A program made the position numbers and the translations under genes. From positions 64,001 through 128,000 of the forward strand of contig CAVYTU010000013.1 of assembly GCA_963771465.1 (NCBI GenBank): a stretch of DNA of 64,000 nt, given 5' to 3'. This DNA comes from an uncultured delta proteobacterium (GTDB taxonomy: Bacteria; Desulfobacterota; Binatia; UBA9968). Below, piece by piece: positions 27,414 to 37,358 of this stretch. The notes beneath the pieces are model-generated. The model was not told the origin of the DNA. It saw only the letters and a list, made by a program, of their open reading frames with translations, and made no database searches. Within the stretch, counting starts at the first letter, position 1; each line of letters opens with the position of its first letter.

Positions 27414-29876
27414 ATGGCTGAAAAAATCATTCGGTTGGATTCACGCCGGGACATAGAGGCGATCGCATGGGCAAAGGAGCTGCACGTGACCGATGCGTGG
27501 TTTCACAGCTCGCGCTTTCGCCATATCACACGCCTGCATACTTCAGCTGAGGTTGTTTCTCTGCGCGGCAATTTGCAGGCAGATCACACGATTGCCAAGC
27601 AGGCGGCCATTAAGTTGTATGATTACTTGCAGCGCTTGTTCCGGGATAAAAAACAAGAGACCACCTATGGCCCGTATTCGCCCACCGGAGCGGTGCGCGC
27701 GGTCATGGAAGGAATCAAGGTGCTTTATCTCGGCGGCTGGGCGACGTCAGCCAAGGGTTCCGAATCCGAGGACCCGGGCGCCGACTTGGCCAACTATGCT
27801 TTGGATCGGGTGCCCAAAGAAGGTGGCGCTTGGGTGCGCGCGTTTTTGCATCAAGACGAAGTGCAACGTTCGCGGCGCATCCGCATGTCTTCGCTGCAAA
27901 GAAAAAAGACTCGCCCCATCGAGTTTAGCCCGCCGCTGATTATTCCCGACGGCGATACCGGTCACGGCGGCGAGCACCATACGCGCAACCTGGTTAAGAC
28001 CTTCGTCGAAAACAACATCGGCGCGATCCATATTGAAGACCAGCGCGGCGGCAGCAAGGTTTGCGGGCATCAGGGGCAGAAAGTTTTGGTGTCGACCTCA
28101 GAGATGATTGCGCGGCTCAATGCCGCGCGGCTCCAATATGACATCATGAATGTGCCGGGCGTGATCGTCGCTCGCACCGACTCCAACGATGCCACGGCCA
28201 TCGACAGCGTCGACGATGAGCGCGACCATCCCTTTGTCTACGGCGCGACCGATCCGGGTATCGTGCCTTTTAAGAATGTCACCCTGGCGGTGATTCGAAA
28301 GTTTTACCAAAAAGGCTTCAAGGAAATTAATGGCCATCTGCTCTACAAGATTTCCGAGCAAGCTTACGTGGACGCGGAAAAATGGCTCAAGCAAGAGCGA
28401 CTCTTCGACCGCATTTCCGAAGGCATCGAGAGAATTGGGAGCGAAATTGCCGCGCTTAAGAAATTGCGCCAGCGGGTGCGGCGCCCGGGCAAAGGCCAGC
28501 GCGACTTTCGCGAGCAGCTAGCGGCACTGGAAATCAGTGTGAAAAAGGTCATCGAAGAAACCGTCGACGGGGTGATCGCCGATATCCGGCAGGAGTGGGC
28601 CGAAAAAGCCCGGCTCAAAACCTTTGCCAACGCGGTCGCGGATGCCATGGAGAGCAGCAACAAGGGCAAAGGCGCGCTGGCGATGTCCATCGACCGGTGG
28701 AAGAAATATGCCGGCAGCGTCTCTTATTCGGAGGCGCGCGAGCGAGCCGAGTCGATGGGGATCGATGTCTTCTGGGATTGGAACCTGCCGAGAACTCCCG
28801 AAGGTTTTTATGTTATCACCGGTGGCCGCAACATGGCCACCGCTAGAGGCTTGGCCACCGCGCCCTTCGCCGAGCTGATCTGGCGCGAGACGGCTAAGCC
28901 TGACCTAGCGGATGACAAAGCGTGGGCTGATGCCATTCACGCGGTCTATCCGGATAAAATGTTGGCTTACAACTTATCGCCGTCATGGAATTGGGACGTC
29001 TGGGGATTTACCGACGATCAGATTCGCAATTTTGCCAATGAGCTGGGGAAAATGGGCTACGTCTTCAACTTCATCACCTATGGCGGACATCAGACCGAGG
29101 CGTTGATGAACGGCCGCCTGGCGCGTGCCTTAAAAGAAGAAGGCGTGCTCGGCTTTGTCAGATTGATTCAGCGCGCGCTGCGCCTAACCCATGATCCAGC
29201 GCAATTTCCGCAAAGCTTTGTCGGCGGCGACTGGGCGGACCGGTTTCGCCGCGCCGCCCGCGGCCCTTCGCTGACGAGCTCTTCCATGGGCGGCAAATCG
29301 ACCGAGACCCAGCATCGCAAAGCCGTGGAGGTTCCCACCAGCGTGCTGGAGAAATGGCTCAGCATGTGGGCCGAACACTGGAATAAACAGGGCCTGTATC
29401 GCGCCGGCGCCGTGAGCGTCGAATTGAGGGAGCGCTGGGCAGGCTCCGAGGACATGATGCTTAACCTGTTCGACGAGGCCCACGATAAAATCGCGGAAAT
29501 CATTTTTCGCGTCGATAAGGATCGGGAAGGCCGAAAATTTCTCGCGGTCAAAGACCAGAATACTATAAAAAAATACCGTTCGCGGCGGTTGATGACGTTG
29601 ATGCATTTTTTCCTTCTGCATCGTTACAAAACCGATCGGGTTCATTATGTCACACCAACGAATGACAATCGCTTGTCCGTGCAGCGCATGATCCAGAACG
29701 GCGTATTTCGCGCGGCGCGCACCGACGATCCGAACATCATCTCCATCGAAGTCGACACCGCGCGCGGCCAGAAGATCTTCGCCAATGTAGAATCGATAAG
29801 AAGGTTCATCGCTCGTCAGTTCAAACCATTGGAGCGCCAGACTGAAACCCGGCGCGCGGCCAGCCGGGGCGTTTAG
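27414..29876 (+). CDS. aceA: Isocitrate lyase, long ICL2 type with C-terminal extra domain
   Basis: [40 protein letters not shown]; large central insertion; C-terminal KDQNT...[25 protein letters not shown] like mycobacterial ICL2. Confidence 0.92.
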   Translation: MAEKIIRLDSRRDIEAIAWAKELHVTDAWFHSSRFRHITRLHTSAEVVSLRGNLQADHTIAKQAAIKLYDYLQRLFRDKKQETTYGPYSPTGAVRAVMEGIKVLYLGGWATSAKGSESEDPGADLANYALDRVPKEGGAWVRAFLHQDEVQRSRRIRMSSLQRKKTRPIEFSPPLIIPDGDTGHGGEHHTRNLVKTFVENNIGAIHIEDQRGGSKVCGHQGQKVLVSTSEMIARLNAARLQYDIMNVPGVIVARTDSNDATAIDSVDDERDHPFVYGATDPGIVPFKNVTLAVIRKFYQKGFKEINGHLLYKISEQAYVDAEKWLKQERLFDRISEGIERIGSEIAALKKLRQRVRRPGKGQRDFREQLAALEISVKKVIEETVDGVIADIRQEWAEKARLKTFANAVADAMESSNKGKGALAMSIDRWKKYAGSVSYSEARERAESMGIDVFWDWNLPRTPEGFYVITGGRNMATARGLATAPFAELIWRETAKPDLADDKAWADAIHAVYPDKMLAYNLSPSWNWDVWGFTDDQIRNFANELGKMGYVFNFITYGGHQTEALMNGRLARALKEEGVLGFVRLIQRALRLTHDPAQFPQSFVGGDWADRFRRAARGPSLTSSSMGGKSTETQHRKAVEVPTSVLEKWLSMWAEHWNKQGLYRAGAVSVELRERWAGSEDMMLNLFDEAHDKIAEIIFRVDKDREGRKFLAVKDQNTIKKYRSRRLMTLMHFFLLHRYKTDRVHYVTPTNDNRLSVQRMIQNGVFRAARTDDPNIISIEVDTARGQKIFANVESIRRFIARQFKPLERQTETRRAASRGV

Positions 29877-29914
29877 TGCCAGTTCCACGGATCGGAGTAC
29901 AAAGGCATCGGCCA

Positions 29915-32101
29915 ATGTCAAACTATATCGAAAACTCTGGGTTACGTATCGAGGAGCAGCTCTATCGTCTGGTGCGGGATGAAATAGCACCGGGCACGGG
30001 CATCGATCCCGGCTCATTCTGGGGTGACTTCGGCAAGCTTGTCACCGACTTGGCACCGAGGAATCGCGCGCTCTTGGATAGACGGGATGCGTTGCAAAGC
30101 CAGATCGATGAATGGTGCCGAGCGCATAAAGGAAAACCGTTCGACATGGATGAATATAAGACCTTGCTCCAGGAGATCGGTTATCTTGTTCCCGAAGGCG
30201 AGGATTTCCAAGTATGCAGCACAAACGTCGACCGGGAAATTGCCGCGATCTCCGGCCCGCAGCTCGTGGTGCCGCTGGACAACCCCCGCTACGCGCTCAA
30301 CGCCGCCAACGCGCGCTGGGGCAGTCTCTATGATGCGCTCTACGGCACCGATGTGATCCCGGAAGACGATGGTGCTGAAAAAGGCGAAGCCTATAACCCG
30401 CGGCGCGGCGCCAAAGTCATCGCCTACGCCGAAGCCTTTTTGGATGAAGCTGTGGGCCTTGCCGGAGGAAAGTTTTCTGAGGTTACCGAGTTCGCGCTCA
30501 AGGACGCCGGCGGCACGAAGCAACTGACGGCAAAGTTGCAAGACGGGCGAGAAGTGGGGTTGGCCGAGGTCGCCAAGTTTGCCGGGTACAGGGAAACGGC
30601 CGGACGGCTATCCCATCTCTTTTTCAGAAATAACGGTTTGCACATCGAGATCCGCATCGATCGCAATCATCCGATTGGCAAAACCCATGCGGCGGGATTG
30701 AAAGATGTGGTCATCGAGTCCGCGGTAACGACGATTCAAGACTGCGAAGATTCGGTGGCAGCGGTCGACGCCGCCGACAAAGTACGCGTGTATCGTAACT
30801 GGACGGGCATCATGAAAGGGACATTGACCGCGAGCTTTGATAAAGGCGGGATGGAGTTGCTCCGCAGTCTTAATCCCGACGTTTGTTTCACCGCTCCCAA
30901 TGGCAAGGCTGAAACGCTGCCTGGACGCAGCCTGTTGCTCGTGCGTAACGTCGGCATGCATATGTACACCGACGCGGTCACCACGGCGGACGGCGCGGAA
31001 ATTCCCGAGGGATTTCTTGACGCCATGGTGACCGCGCTGGCCGCGCTGCACGATTTGCAGCGAACCGGAACGGTCATCAACAGTCGAACCGGCAGTGTTT
31101 ATATAGTAAAGCCCAAGCAGCATAGCGCCGACGAGGTGGCGGCGACGGTGGAGTTATTCGAACGCGTCGAGGATGCGCTAGGACTTAAGAGGAACACGCT
31201 CAAGCTCGGCATTATGGACGAAGAGCGGCGCCTGACCGTCAATCTCAAGCAAGCCATACGCGCGGCCCGCGAGCGGGTCGTGTTTATCAACACCGGATTT
31301 CTCGACCGTACCGGGGACGAAATTCACACCAGTATGGAGCTCGGCCCGATGTTGCCGAAATTGGCCATCAAGAATCAACCGTGGCTCGGCGCTTACGAAG
31401 ATTGGAATGTCGATGTCGGCATTGCGACGGGTTTCCCAGGCAAGGCGCAGATCGGCAAAGGGATGTGGACCATGCCGGACGAGATGCGCAAGATGATGGA
31501 TACGAAGCAAGCCCACCCGGAGGCTGGCGCGAATACGGCATGGGTGCCCTCGCCGACAGCCGCAACGTTACACGCGCTTCACTACCACAAAGTCAACGTC
31601 CTCAAGAAACAAACGACACTGGCAGGCAGCCGCGCGAGTCTGGACGCCATCCTTACGCCGCCCCTGCTCGATCGAAAGCTCAGCGCGGAAGAAATTCAAA
31701 ACGAGCTCGATAACAACGCCCAAGGGATACTTGGCTATGTGGTGCGCTGGGTGGATCAAGGTATCGGTTGTTCGAAGGTGCCGGATATTCATGACACCGC
31801 GCTCATGGAAGACCGCGCCACACTGCGCATCTCCAGCCAGCACATCGGCAACTGGCTGCATCACAACATCCTCAACCGGGAACAAGTCATCGAGACTTTT
31901 AAGAGAATGGCGGCCATCGTTGACCGCCAAAATCGCGGCGAACCGAATTATCGCAACATGGCGCCAGCATTTGACCAAAGCATCGCTTTTAAAGCTGCCT
32001 TGGATATCGTCTTCAGGGGACGTGAAACGGCCAACGGCTACACCGAGGCCGTGCTGCATAACTGCCGCCGGAGGGGCAAGTCGGCAAAGCCCACGATTTA
32101 G
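29915..32101 (+). CDS. glcB: Malate synthase G
   Basis: [74 protein letters not shown]. Confidence 0.97.
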   Translation: MSNYIENSGLRIEEQLYRLVRDEIAPGTGIDPGSFWGDFGKLVTDLAPRNRALLDRRDALQSQIDEWCRAHKGKPFDMDEYKTLLQEIGYLVPEGEDFQVCSTNVDREIAAISGPQLVVPLDNPRYALNAANARWGSLYDALYGTDVIPEDDGAEKGEAYNPRRGAKVIAYAEAFLDEAVGLAGGKFSEVTEFALKDAGGTKQLTAKLQDGREVGLAEVAKFAGYRETAGRLSHLFFRNNGLHIEIRIDRNHPIGKTHAAGLKDVVIESAVTTIQDCEDSVAAVDAADKVRVYRNWTGIMKGTLTASFDKGGMELLRSLNPDVCFTAPNGKAETLPGRSLLLVRNVGMHMYTDAVTTADGAEIPEGFLDAMVTALAALHDLQRTGTVINSRTGSVYIVKPKQHSADEVAATVELFERVEDALGLKRNTLKLGIMDEERRLTVNLKQAIRAARERVVFINTGFLDRTGDEIHTSMELGPMLPKLAIKNQPWLGAYEDWNVDVGIATGFPGKAQIGKGMWTMPDEMRKMMDTKQAHPEAGANTAWVPSPTAATLHALHYHKVNVLKKQTTLAGSRASLDAILTPPLLDRKLSAEEIQNELDNNAQGILGYVVRWVDQGIGCSKVPDIHDTALMEDRATLRISSQHIGNWLHHNILNREQVIETFKRMAAIVDRQNRGEPNYRNMAPAFDQSIAFKAALDIVFRGRETANGYTEAVLHNCRRRGKSAKPTI

Positions 32102-32388
32102 TTAGCAGGATGCAACCCGATGGATCACGCCGGCGGCCGGTAACGATCCAGCTTTAGACCCACCCAGTGATTTCGAGCAGCGCAACGCTCACACCTCCGG
32201 TAATGAGACAGAACAGCGGATAGGCCACGGACCAGGTTTACGGGCATACGAGACATGACGGACAACTGTCCGGTGGCTGAAGTGATCAAGCGGTCTAAGT
32301 TTGGCGCGTAGCGTAGGCGTCGAGCGTCGATTGGTCAAATGGCGTGCGAAGAATTGAAGTTAGCTTGTTAAATTATTATTTTTAAATA

Positions 32389-32495
32389 ATTTGCCATAAG
32401 TAATCCTCCGAAAAATGAGCCGGGTAAACTAACTCACTCACGCGAGCGGTAACAAACTGAAGGCAGCGTGTCAAATCTCATTCAGCGAGTTTGAT
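32389..32495 (-). repeat. Orphan second copy of the VOC promoter/RBS/start region
   Basis: Aligns with 27003-27110 (ATTTGCCATAAGTrATCCTCCGA, CGCGAGCGGTAmCAAACTG, GTGTCAAA, GAGTTTGAT); its reading frame stops after 9 codons. Confidence 0.8.
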
Positions 32496-32509
32496 ATCTA
32501 TTTTTTTCC

Positions 32510-33723
32510 TTAGCCGCGCGCGCTCTGGACGAGTTTCTCGGGCGCATCTTGGAATTTTATTTCGGCGTCCTGGGGCAAGAGCCATTTCTTCAGCGGCCGG
32601 CCTTCGGCCAAGGCGCGCAGCTCTCGTTGCCAAATTTTTCTAAATAGGATGATGCCGACATCGGAGCGTCCTAGATGTTCCCGAGCGCGATCGGCGACCA
32701 GCCTTGGCCGACTTGCGCGACATAGTCTTGGGTATGCACTAAAGCAATTTTGTCATTGAAAAACTTATCCAAGTCGTGGAAATTGAGTTTTCCCGACAGC
32801 ACCGCTTCGCCCATCTGCGCGACGGAGATTTTTGTTTCCGGCGCGGCGGCGGCGCGGCGTGCGCGGTATTCATCGGCGGCTTTACCGGTCAGCGGCAAAC
32901 GGCGCAGGCGAAATTCCAAAGACCGCTCATCGTCGAGCGGCACGTCCCACTGCATGCGGTCTTCCGCGCCGCACTCCGGTTCCGGCGAGGGATTTCTAAA
33001 CGCGTAAGCGTTGGGCATGAAAAAATGAAAAACATTGCGCCAGCCTTGCGCGAAGCTGGCATAGGACGTCGTGCCCCAGGGGCTTTCCTCTTTGGAAATC
33101 TCCGGCAGCCCGGCGCGATTATTGGCTGAGGACGCCGAGTAGGCGCCGCGATGCACGAACGGCACGTGATAGGTGTCGCCGTTGTTATCGATGCGCTGGA
33201 AAAAATTGCACGGCCAGACTTCGGTTGACAGCACTTCGAGGACGCCGTCCGCTTCCATATGCGGATAGCGTGGAAATGTCGGCGCAGCCCCAACGCCAAG
33301 ATAAGCGAAGATCAGGCCGAGATATTCCTGAGTGGGATAACTTTCGATGTGGATCTTGCCGGCAAAGGATTGATCTTCCGCCGGCTGCTCGGTGCACTGG
33401 CCGGCGCCGTCGAACAACCAACCGTGATACATGCAGCGGATGCAGTCGCCTTCCACCCGGCCGGCGGAGAGCTGCGTGCCGCGATGGGGACAGCGAAAGC
33501 CGACAACATGCGGCGCGCCGGTTTCACCGCGGTAGAGCGTAAAGCGCTCGCTCATGATCTCGATCGGTTTGGCTTCGCCGGCGCGGAGATCCTCAGCGCG
33601 GTAGATCGGCTGCCAGAACCGGCGCAGGTAATTTCCCGCGAGGGTGCCGGGCTTGGTCGAGACGAGATCGTTCCAGCGCAATTTTTTTGTGGCGCGGCTG
33701 TTTTTGCGTTTAGCTAAAGGCAT
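32510..33723 (-). pseudogene. Rieske non-heme iron oxygenase alpha subunit (phthalate dioxygenase/VanA-like), single-base frameshift near 32700
   Basis: CPHRG...CMYHGW Rieske motif and DTYHVPFVH. After VGQG the conserved tail VADRAREHLGRSDVGIILFRKIWQREL...SARG* continues in another frame to the stop at 32510. Confidence 0.85.
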
Positions 33724-33852
33724 GTTGCTTCTCTAAGTTTCATCTTGAAGCAAAATCCAACCCGGTCGGTCGTTGTGCAGTGAGTTTGCATTCAATTAGT
33801 CCAACGAACTATAGATGCGGTTGCTATATATAGCATCCAGATTTTTTTGACA

Positions 33853-34617
33853 ATGAAACTTGACGGCAAAGTTGCTCTTGTCACCGGCTCGGCGCGCGGG
33901 ATCGGTTGGGAGATCGTTCAGGCTCTGGCCGAAGCAGGTGCGCAGGTTGTGCTTTGTGATCTCGCGCAAGCTGATGTCGATGAAGCTGCGGCGAAATTAA
34001 GATTGCCTTGCGAGAATGTTTTGGGCGTTAGCGCGGATGTGACTTCGGAGCGCGACGTCGCGAATCTTATCCGCCGCACAGTGGAAACGTTTTCGCGCCT
34101 GGATGTCCTGGTGAACAACGCCGGCTTTGCCTGGCCGCGCGGCGGGCCGGTTAATTTGGAACTGGCCCAGACGCCGCTGGATGTTTGGCGCAAAGTGCTC
34201 GACACCAATCTCAACGGCACATTTCTTTGTAGCCGCGAAGCGCTCAAGGTCATGCACCGGCAGGGAGGCGGTTCGATCATCAATATTTCTTCGCCCCAGG
34301 GGAAAAAGGGCAAACTCTTGCGCGGTCCGTACAGCGCGGCCAAGTTTGCCGTCGAAGGATTGACGCAAGTGCTGGCTTTGGAGAACGAGGCTCACAATAT
34401 TCGAGCGAATTGTCTCGATCCCGGCGGCATCGTCGCCACCGAAGCGATCAGAAATATTCCCGGCAATCGCGGCGTGCGCATGCTCAGTCCAGCGGTCGTC
34501 CGGCCTTGCGCTGTTTACCTCGCTTCGGATGAGTCTAGCGGAATCACCGGTCGATCGCTTGTTGCGCCGGATTGGAACAGGGAGCACGGGCTTGAGGTGC
34601 CGCACACTGTAGCCTAG
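33853..34617 (+). CDS. Short-chain dehydrogenase/reductase
   Basis: TGSARGIG, LVNNAG, INISS, YSAAK motifs. Confidence 0.93.
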   Translation: MKLDGKVALVTGSARGIGWEIVQALAEAGAQVVLCDLAQADVDEAAAKLRLPCENVLGVSADVTSERDVANLIRRTVETFSRLDVLVNNAGFAWPRGGPVNLELAQTPLDVWRKVLDTNLNGTFLCSREALKVMHRQGGGSIINISSPQGKKGKLLRGPYSAAKFAVEGLTQVLALENEAHNIRANCLDPGGIVATEAIRNIPGNRGVRMLSPAVVRPCAVYLASDESSGITGRSLVAPDWNREHGLEVPHTVA

Positions 34618-34659
34618 CGGAGTACACTAAGCCGAAAACGCCAAGAGGAAAAGAAAATC

Positions 34660-35643
34660 ATGGTGGCAAAGTCAAAGCTGAAATTTCTTACCTGTTTGCT
34701 CGCGGTCGTCGGTTGGTTTGGCAACGCGGAAGCCAGGACGATTCACGTCGCCGTGCCGACGCTCAGCATGGTCGTCATCGCTTTCACCGCGGCTAAAGAG
34801 CGAGGCTATTACCGCGAGGAAGGATTGGACGTCGACTTGGTGCAAATGCGCGACACGCTGGGCATCTCGGCGCTGATCGGCGGCAACGCGGATTTCGCGT
34901 CCATGAGCGGCGCGGGTTTGACCGCGATCTTGGGCGGCATGCCGCTGCGTTTTGCTTACAGCAGTTTTTTTCGGCCGATGTTTTGGCTCTATGCCAAGCC
35001 GGAGCTTCAGGACGTTAAGTCGCTAAGAGGCAAGCGCATCGGCGTCACCGGCCTCGGCAGCGGCCCGGATAATCTTCTGCGCGAGGTGCTCAAACGCAAC
35101 GGCATCGAGGGCGGACGGGATGCGACGATATTAGCTTTGGGCTTGCCGGCCACTCTCGCGACCGCGCTCAGAAACGGCATCGTCGATGCCGGGATGATCA
35201 GCCCGCCGTTTAATTTCGTCGTGCGCGACGCCGGATTTCGCGATTTGGTTTCGTTCCTGAAAGAAGATTTCGTCGAGCTGCAAGGCAGCATTCTGGCGCA
35301 CGAGCGAATCTTTCAATCCGAGCCCGCGACGGTGGAAAAATTCGTTCGCGGCACCGTAAAGGGATTGCGCTATGCGCGCGAAAACAAAGCGGGGACGATT
35401 CCAATTCTTCTGCGCTACATGAAGATCAAGGAAGACCTCGCCGGACAATACTACGAGCAAGTGCGCCCGATCATGACCGCCGACGGCACCGTGAGCGTGG
35501 ACCTGCAGAAAAAGTATCTCGACCAAGCGCTCAAAGTTTTGAACCCAAAAGAGCAGCCGACAGTGGAGCGGATTTACAACTATTCCATAGCGCGCAAGGT
35601 CAATACCGAGCTCGACGCCGCAGGATGGAAGCCGGGGAAATAG
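34660..35643 (+). CDS. NMT1/THI5/SsuA-type substrate-binding protein
   Basis: Signal peptide, GYYREEGLDV, LRGKRIGVTGLGS. Confidence 0.9.
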   Translation: MVAKSKLKFLTCLLAVVGWFGNAEARTIHVAVPTLSMVVIAFTAAKERGYYREEGLDVDLVQMRDTLGISALIGGNADFASMSGAGLTAILGGMPLRFAYSSFFRPMFWLYAKPELQDVKSLRGKRIGVTGLGSGPDNLLREVLKRNGIEGGRDATILALGLPATLATALRNGIVDAGMISPPFNFVVRDAGFRDLVSFLKEDFVELQGSILAHERIFQSEPATVEKFVRGTVKGLRYARENKAGTIPILLRYMKIKEDLAGQYYEQVRPIMTADGTVSVDLQKKYLDQALKVLNPKEQPTVERIYNYSIARKVNTELDAAGWKPGK

Positions 35644-35669
35644 TGGAGCCGGAATTTTCTTGGACTATT

Positions 35670-37358
35670 CTAATCAAGCCGAATCAGCAAACCCTCGTCC
35701 GGGCGCAGTTGGAAATCGCCTTGAACACGTTCGCCGGAGCGATCCAGGTGCGTTGATAATTCAATCGTTCCCTCGGAAGTATCCGTGTAGCGACGGAGCA
35801 CCTGCGGTTGGGAACCGAGGTTGAGAGCGATCAGAAATTCCCTCTCATCCGTCGACGTGCGCCGAATGTAGGCGAGCATGTCGCCCTCGGCTTCCAGTGG
35901 CTCGAAGCCGCCCACCTCCAGCGCGGGTTCTCCGCGACGCAGCTCAATGAGGCGACGATAGAGGGTTAGGATGGAGCGCGGATCGTTGCGTTCGGTGTCG
36001 ACGTTCACCTCATGGAAGTCCTCGGCGATTGGGAGCCATGGCTTTCCTGCGGTGAACCCCGAATTTTCCTCAGAACTCCACTGCATGGGCGTCCGTTCTG
36101 GATCTCGGCCCAGTCCCTTCCCGGGTACGTTCTTCTCGAAGGGATCCTGTACCCGCTCCGGCGGGATCGCTACATCGTGCATACCGATCTCGTCGCCGTA
36201 GTAGATCGTTGGCGTGCCGCGCAGTGTAAGTAGGAGCATTGCGGCGACTCTCGCCTGCGCTGGACCCACACGCGAGGCGATCCGATGCTGATCGTGGTTT
36301 CCCAGAACCCAATTGGGCCATGCACCCTTGGGCAGTGCCGTTTCGTATTCCGTGATGAGCCGCGCGAGATGACGCGCATCCCATTTGGCAAAGATGAGCT
36401 GGAAGTTGAAAGGTAGGTGCGTGCCGGTGAGATCGGTACCATAGTATTGAACCAATCGCTCCACCGGGAGATAGATCTCGCCGATGAGCACGCGCTCCTG
36501 GTATTCGTCGAAGAGCTGGCGCATCCGGGCAATAATGCTGTGCACCTCTGGCTGATCGGTGGTTTGGATTGGGATCAATGCCTCGTACGGGTCCATCCCT
36601 TCGTGCCAGCTTGGGTTGGAAGGGTTATCGCGGAAACGCTCGTCTTTTATAATGTGCCAGAGCACATCGACTCGAAAGCCGTCCACACCGCGTTCCAGCC
36701 AGAAGCGGAGCACGTCGAGCATGGCGATCAACACTTGGGGATTACGCCAGTTGAGGTCCGGCTGCTCCGGAAGAAACGCGTGATAGTAATATTGTCCGGT
36801 GGGTTCGTGATGCTCCCAAGCACTTCCGCCGAAGGCGGAGAGCCAATTATTGGGCGGGCGACCATCCGGAGCGGGATCGTACCATAGGTACCAGTCGCGT
36901 TTCGGGTTATGGCGCGATGATTTCGATTCGAGAAACCAGGGGTGCTGATTAGAACTATGATTGGGTACAAAGTCGAGGATCACTTTGAGCTTTCGCGCGT
37001 GCGCCTCACGGAGCAGGTCATCAAAATCACCGAGGTTGCCGAATAGCGAGTGGATACCGGTGTAGTCCGAGACGTCGTAACCGAAGTCCTTCATCGGCGA
37101 GGGATAGATCGGCGAGATCCAGATCGCTTCCACGCCAAGCCAGCGCAGGTAATCGAGCCGCGAGGTAATGCCAGGAAGGTCGCCGACGCCATCGCCGTTG
37201 CTGTCCATGAAGGAACGCGCGTACACCTCGTAGATTGCCCCGCGCTGCCACCAGGTGTAGGTCGGTGTGAGTCCAACATCACGCTCGGAGTGGCTCGTCG
37301 GCTCGATTGCGCGATCTTTCATCCCAGAAATTTTCCCGTTACTGAGATCTAACGTCAC
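35670..37358 (-). CDS. GH13 alpha-glucosidase / oligo-1,6-glucosidase
   Basis: WWQRGAIYEVY.RSF.DSNGDGVGDL, DFVPNHSS, GVDGFRVD, IGE, LGNHD motifs. Start may be at 37323 instead. Confidence 0.93.
   Translation of the reverse strand: MTLDLSNGKISGMKDRAIEPTSHSERDVGLTPTYTWWQRGAIYEVYARSFMDSNGDGVGDLPGITSRLDYLRWLGVEAIWISPIYPSPMKDFGYDVSDYTGIHSLFGNLGDFDDLLREAHARKLKVILDFVPNHSSNQHPWFLESKSSRHNPKRDWYLWYDPAPDGRPPNNWLSAFGGSAWEHHEPTGQYYYHAFLPEQPDLNWRNPQVLIAMLDVLRFWLERGVDGFRVDVLWHIIKDERFRDNPSNPSWHEGMDPYEALIPIQTTDQPEVHSIIARMRQLFDEYQERVLIGEIYLPVERLVQYYGTDLTGTHLPFNFQLIFAKWDARHLARLITEYETALPKGAWPNWVLGNHDQHRIASRVGPAQARVAAMLLLTLRGTPTIYYGDEIGMHDVAIPPERVQDPFEKNVPGKGLGRDPERTPMQWSSEENSGFTAGKPWLPIAEDFHEVNVDTERNDPRSILTLYRRLIELRRGEPALEVGGFEPLEAEGDMLAYIRRTSTDEREFLIALNLGSQPQVLRRYTDTSEGTIELSTHLDRSGERVQGDFQLRPDEGLLIRLD

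Noticed and set aside
32102-32388. Intergenic stretch after glcB examined for an ncRNA or mobile-element end
   Set aside because: No convincing long stem, terminal repeat or ORF; only an AT-rich patch next to the duplicated promoter.
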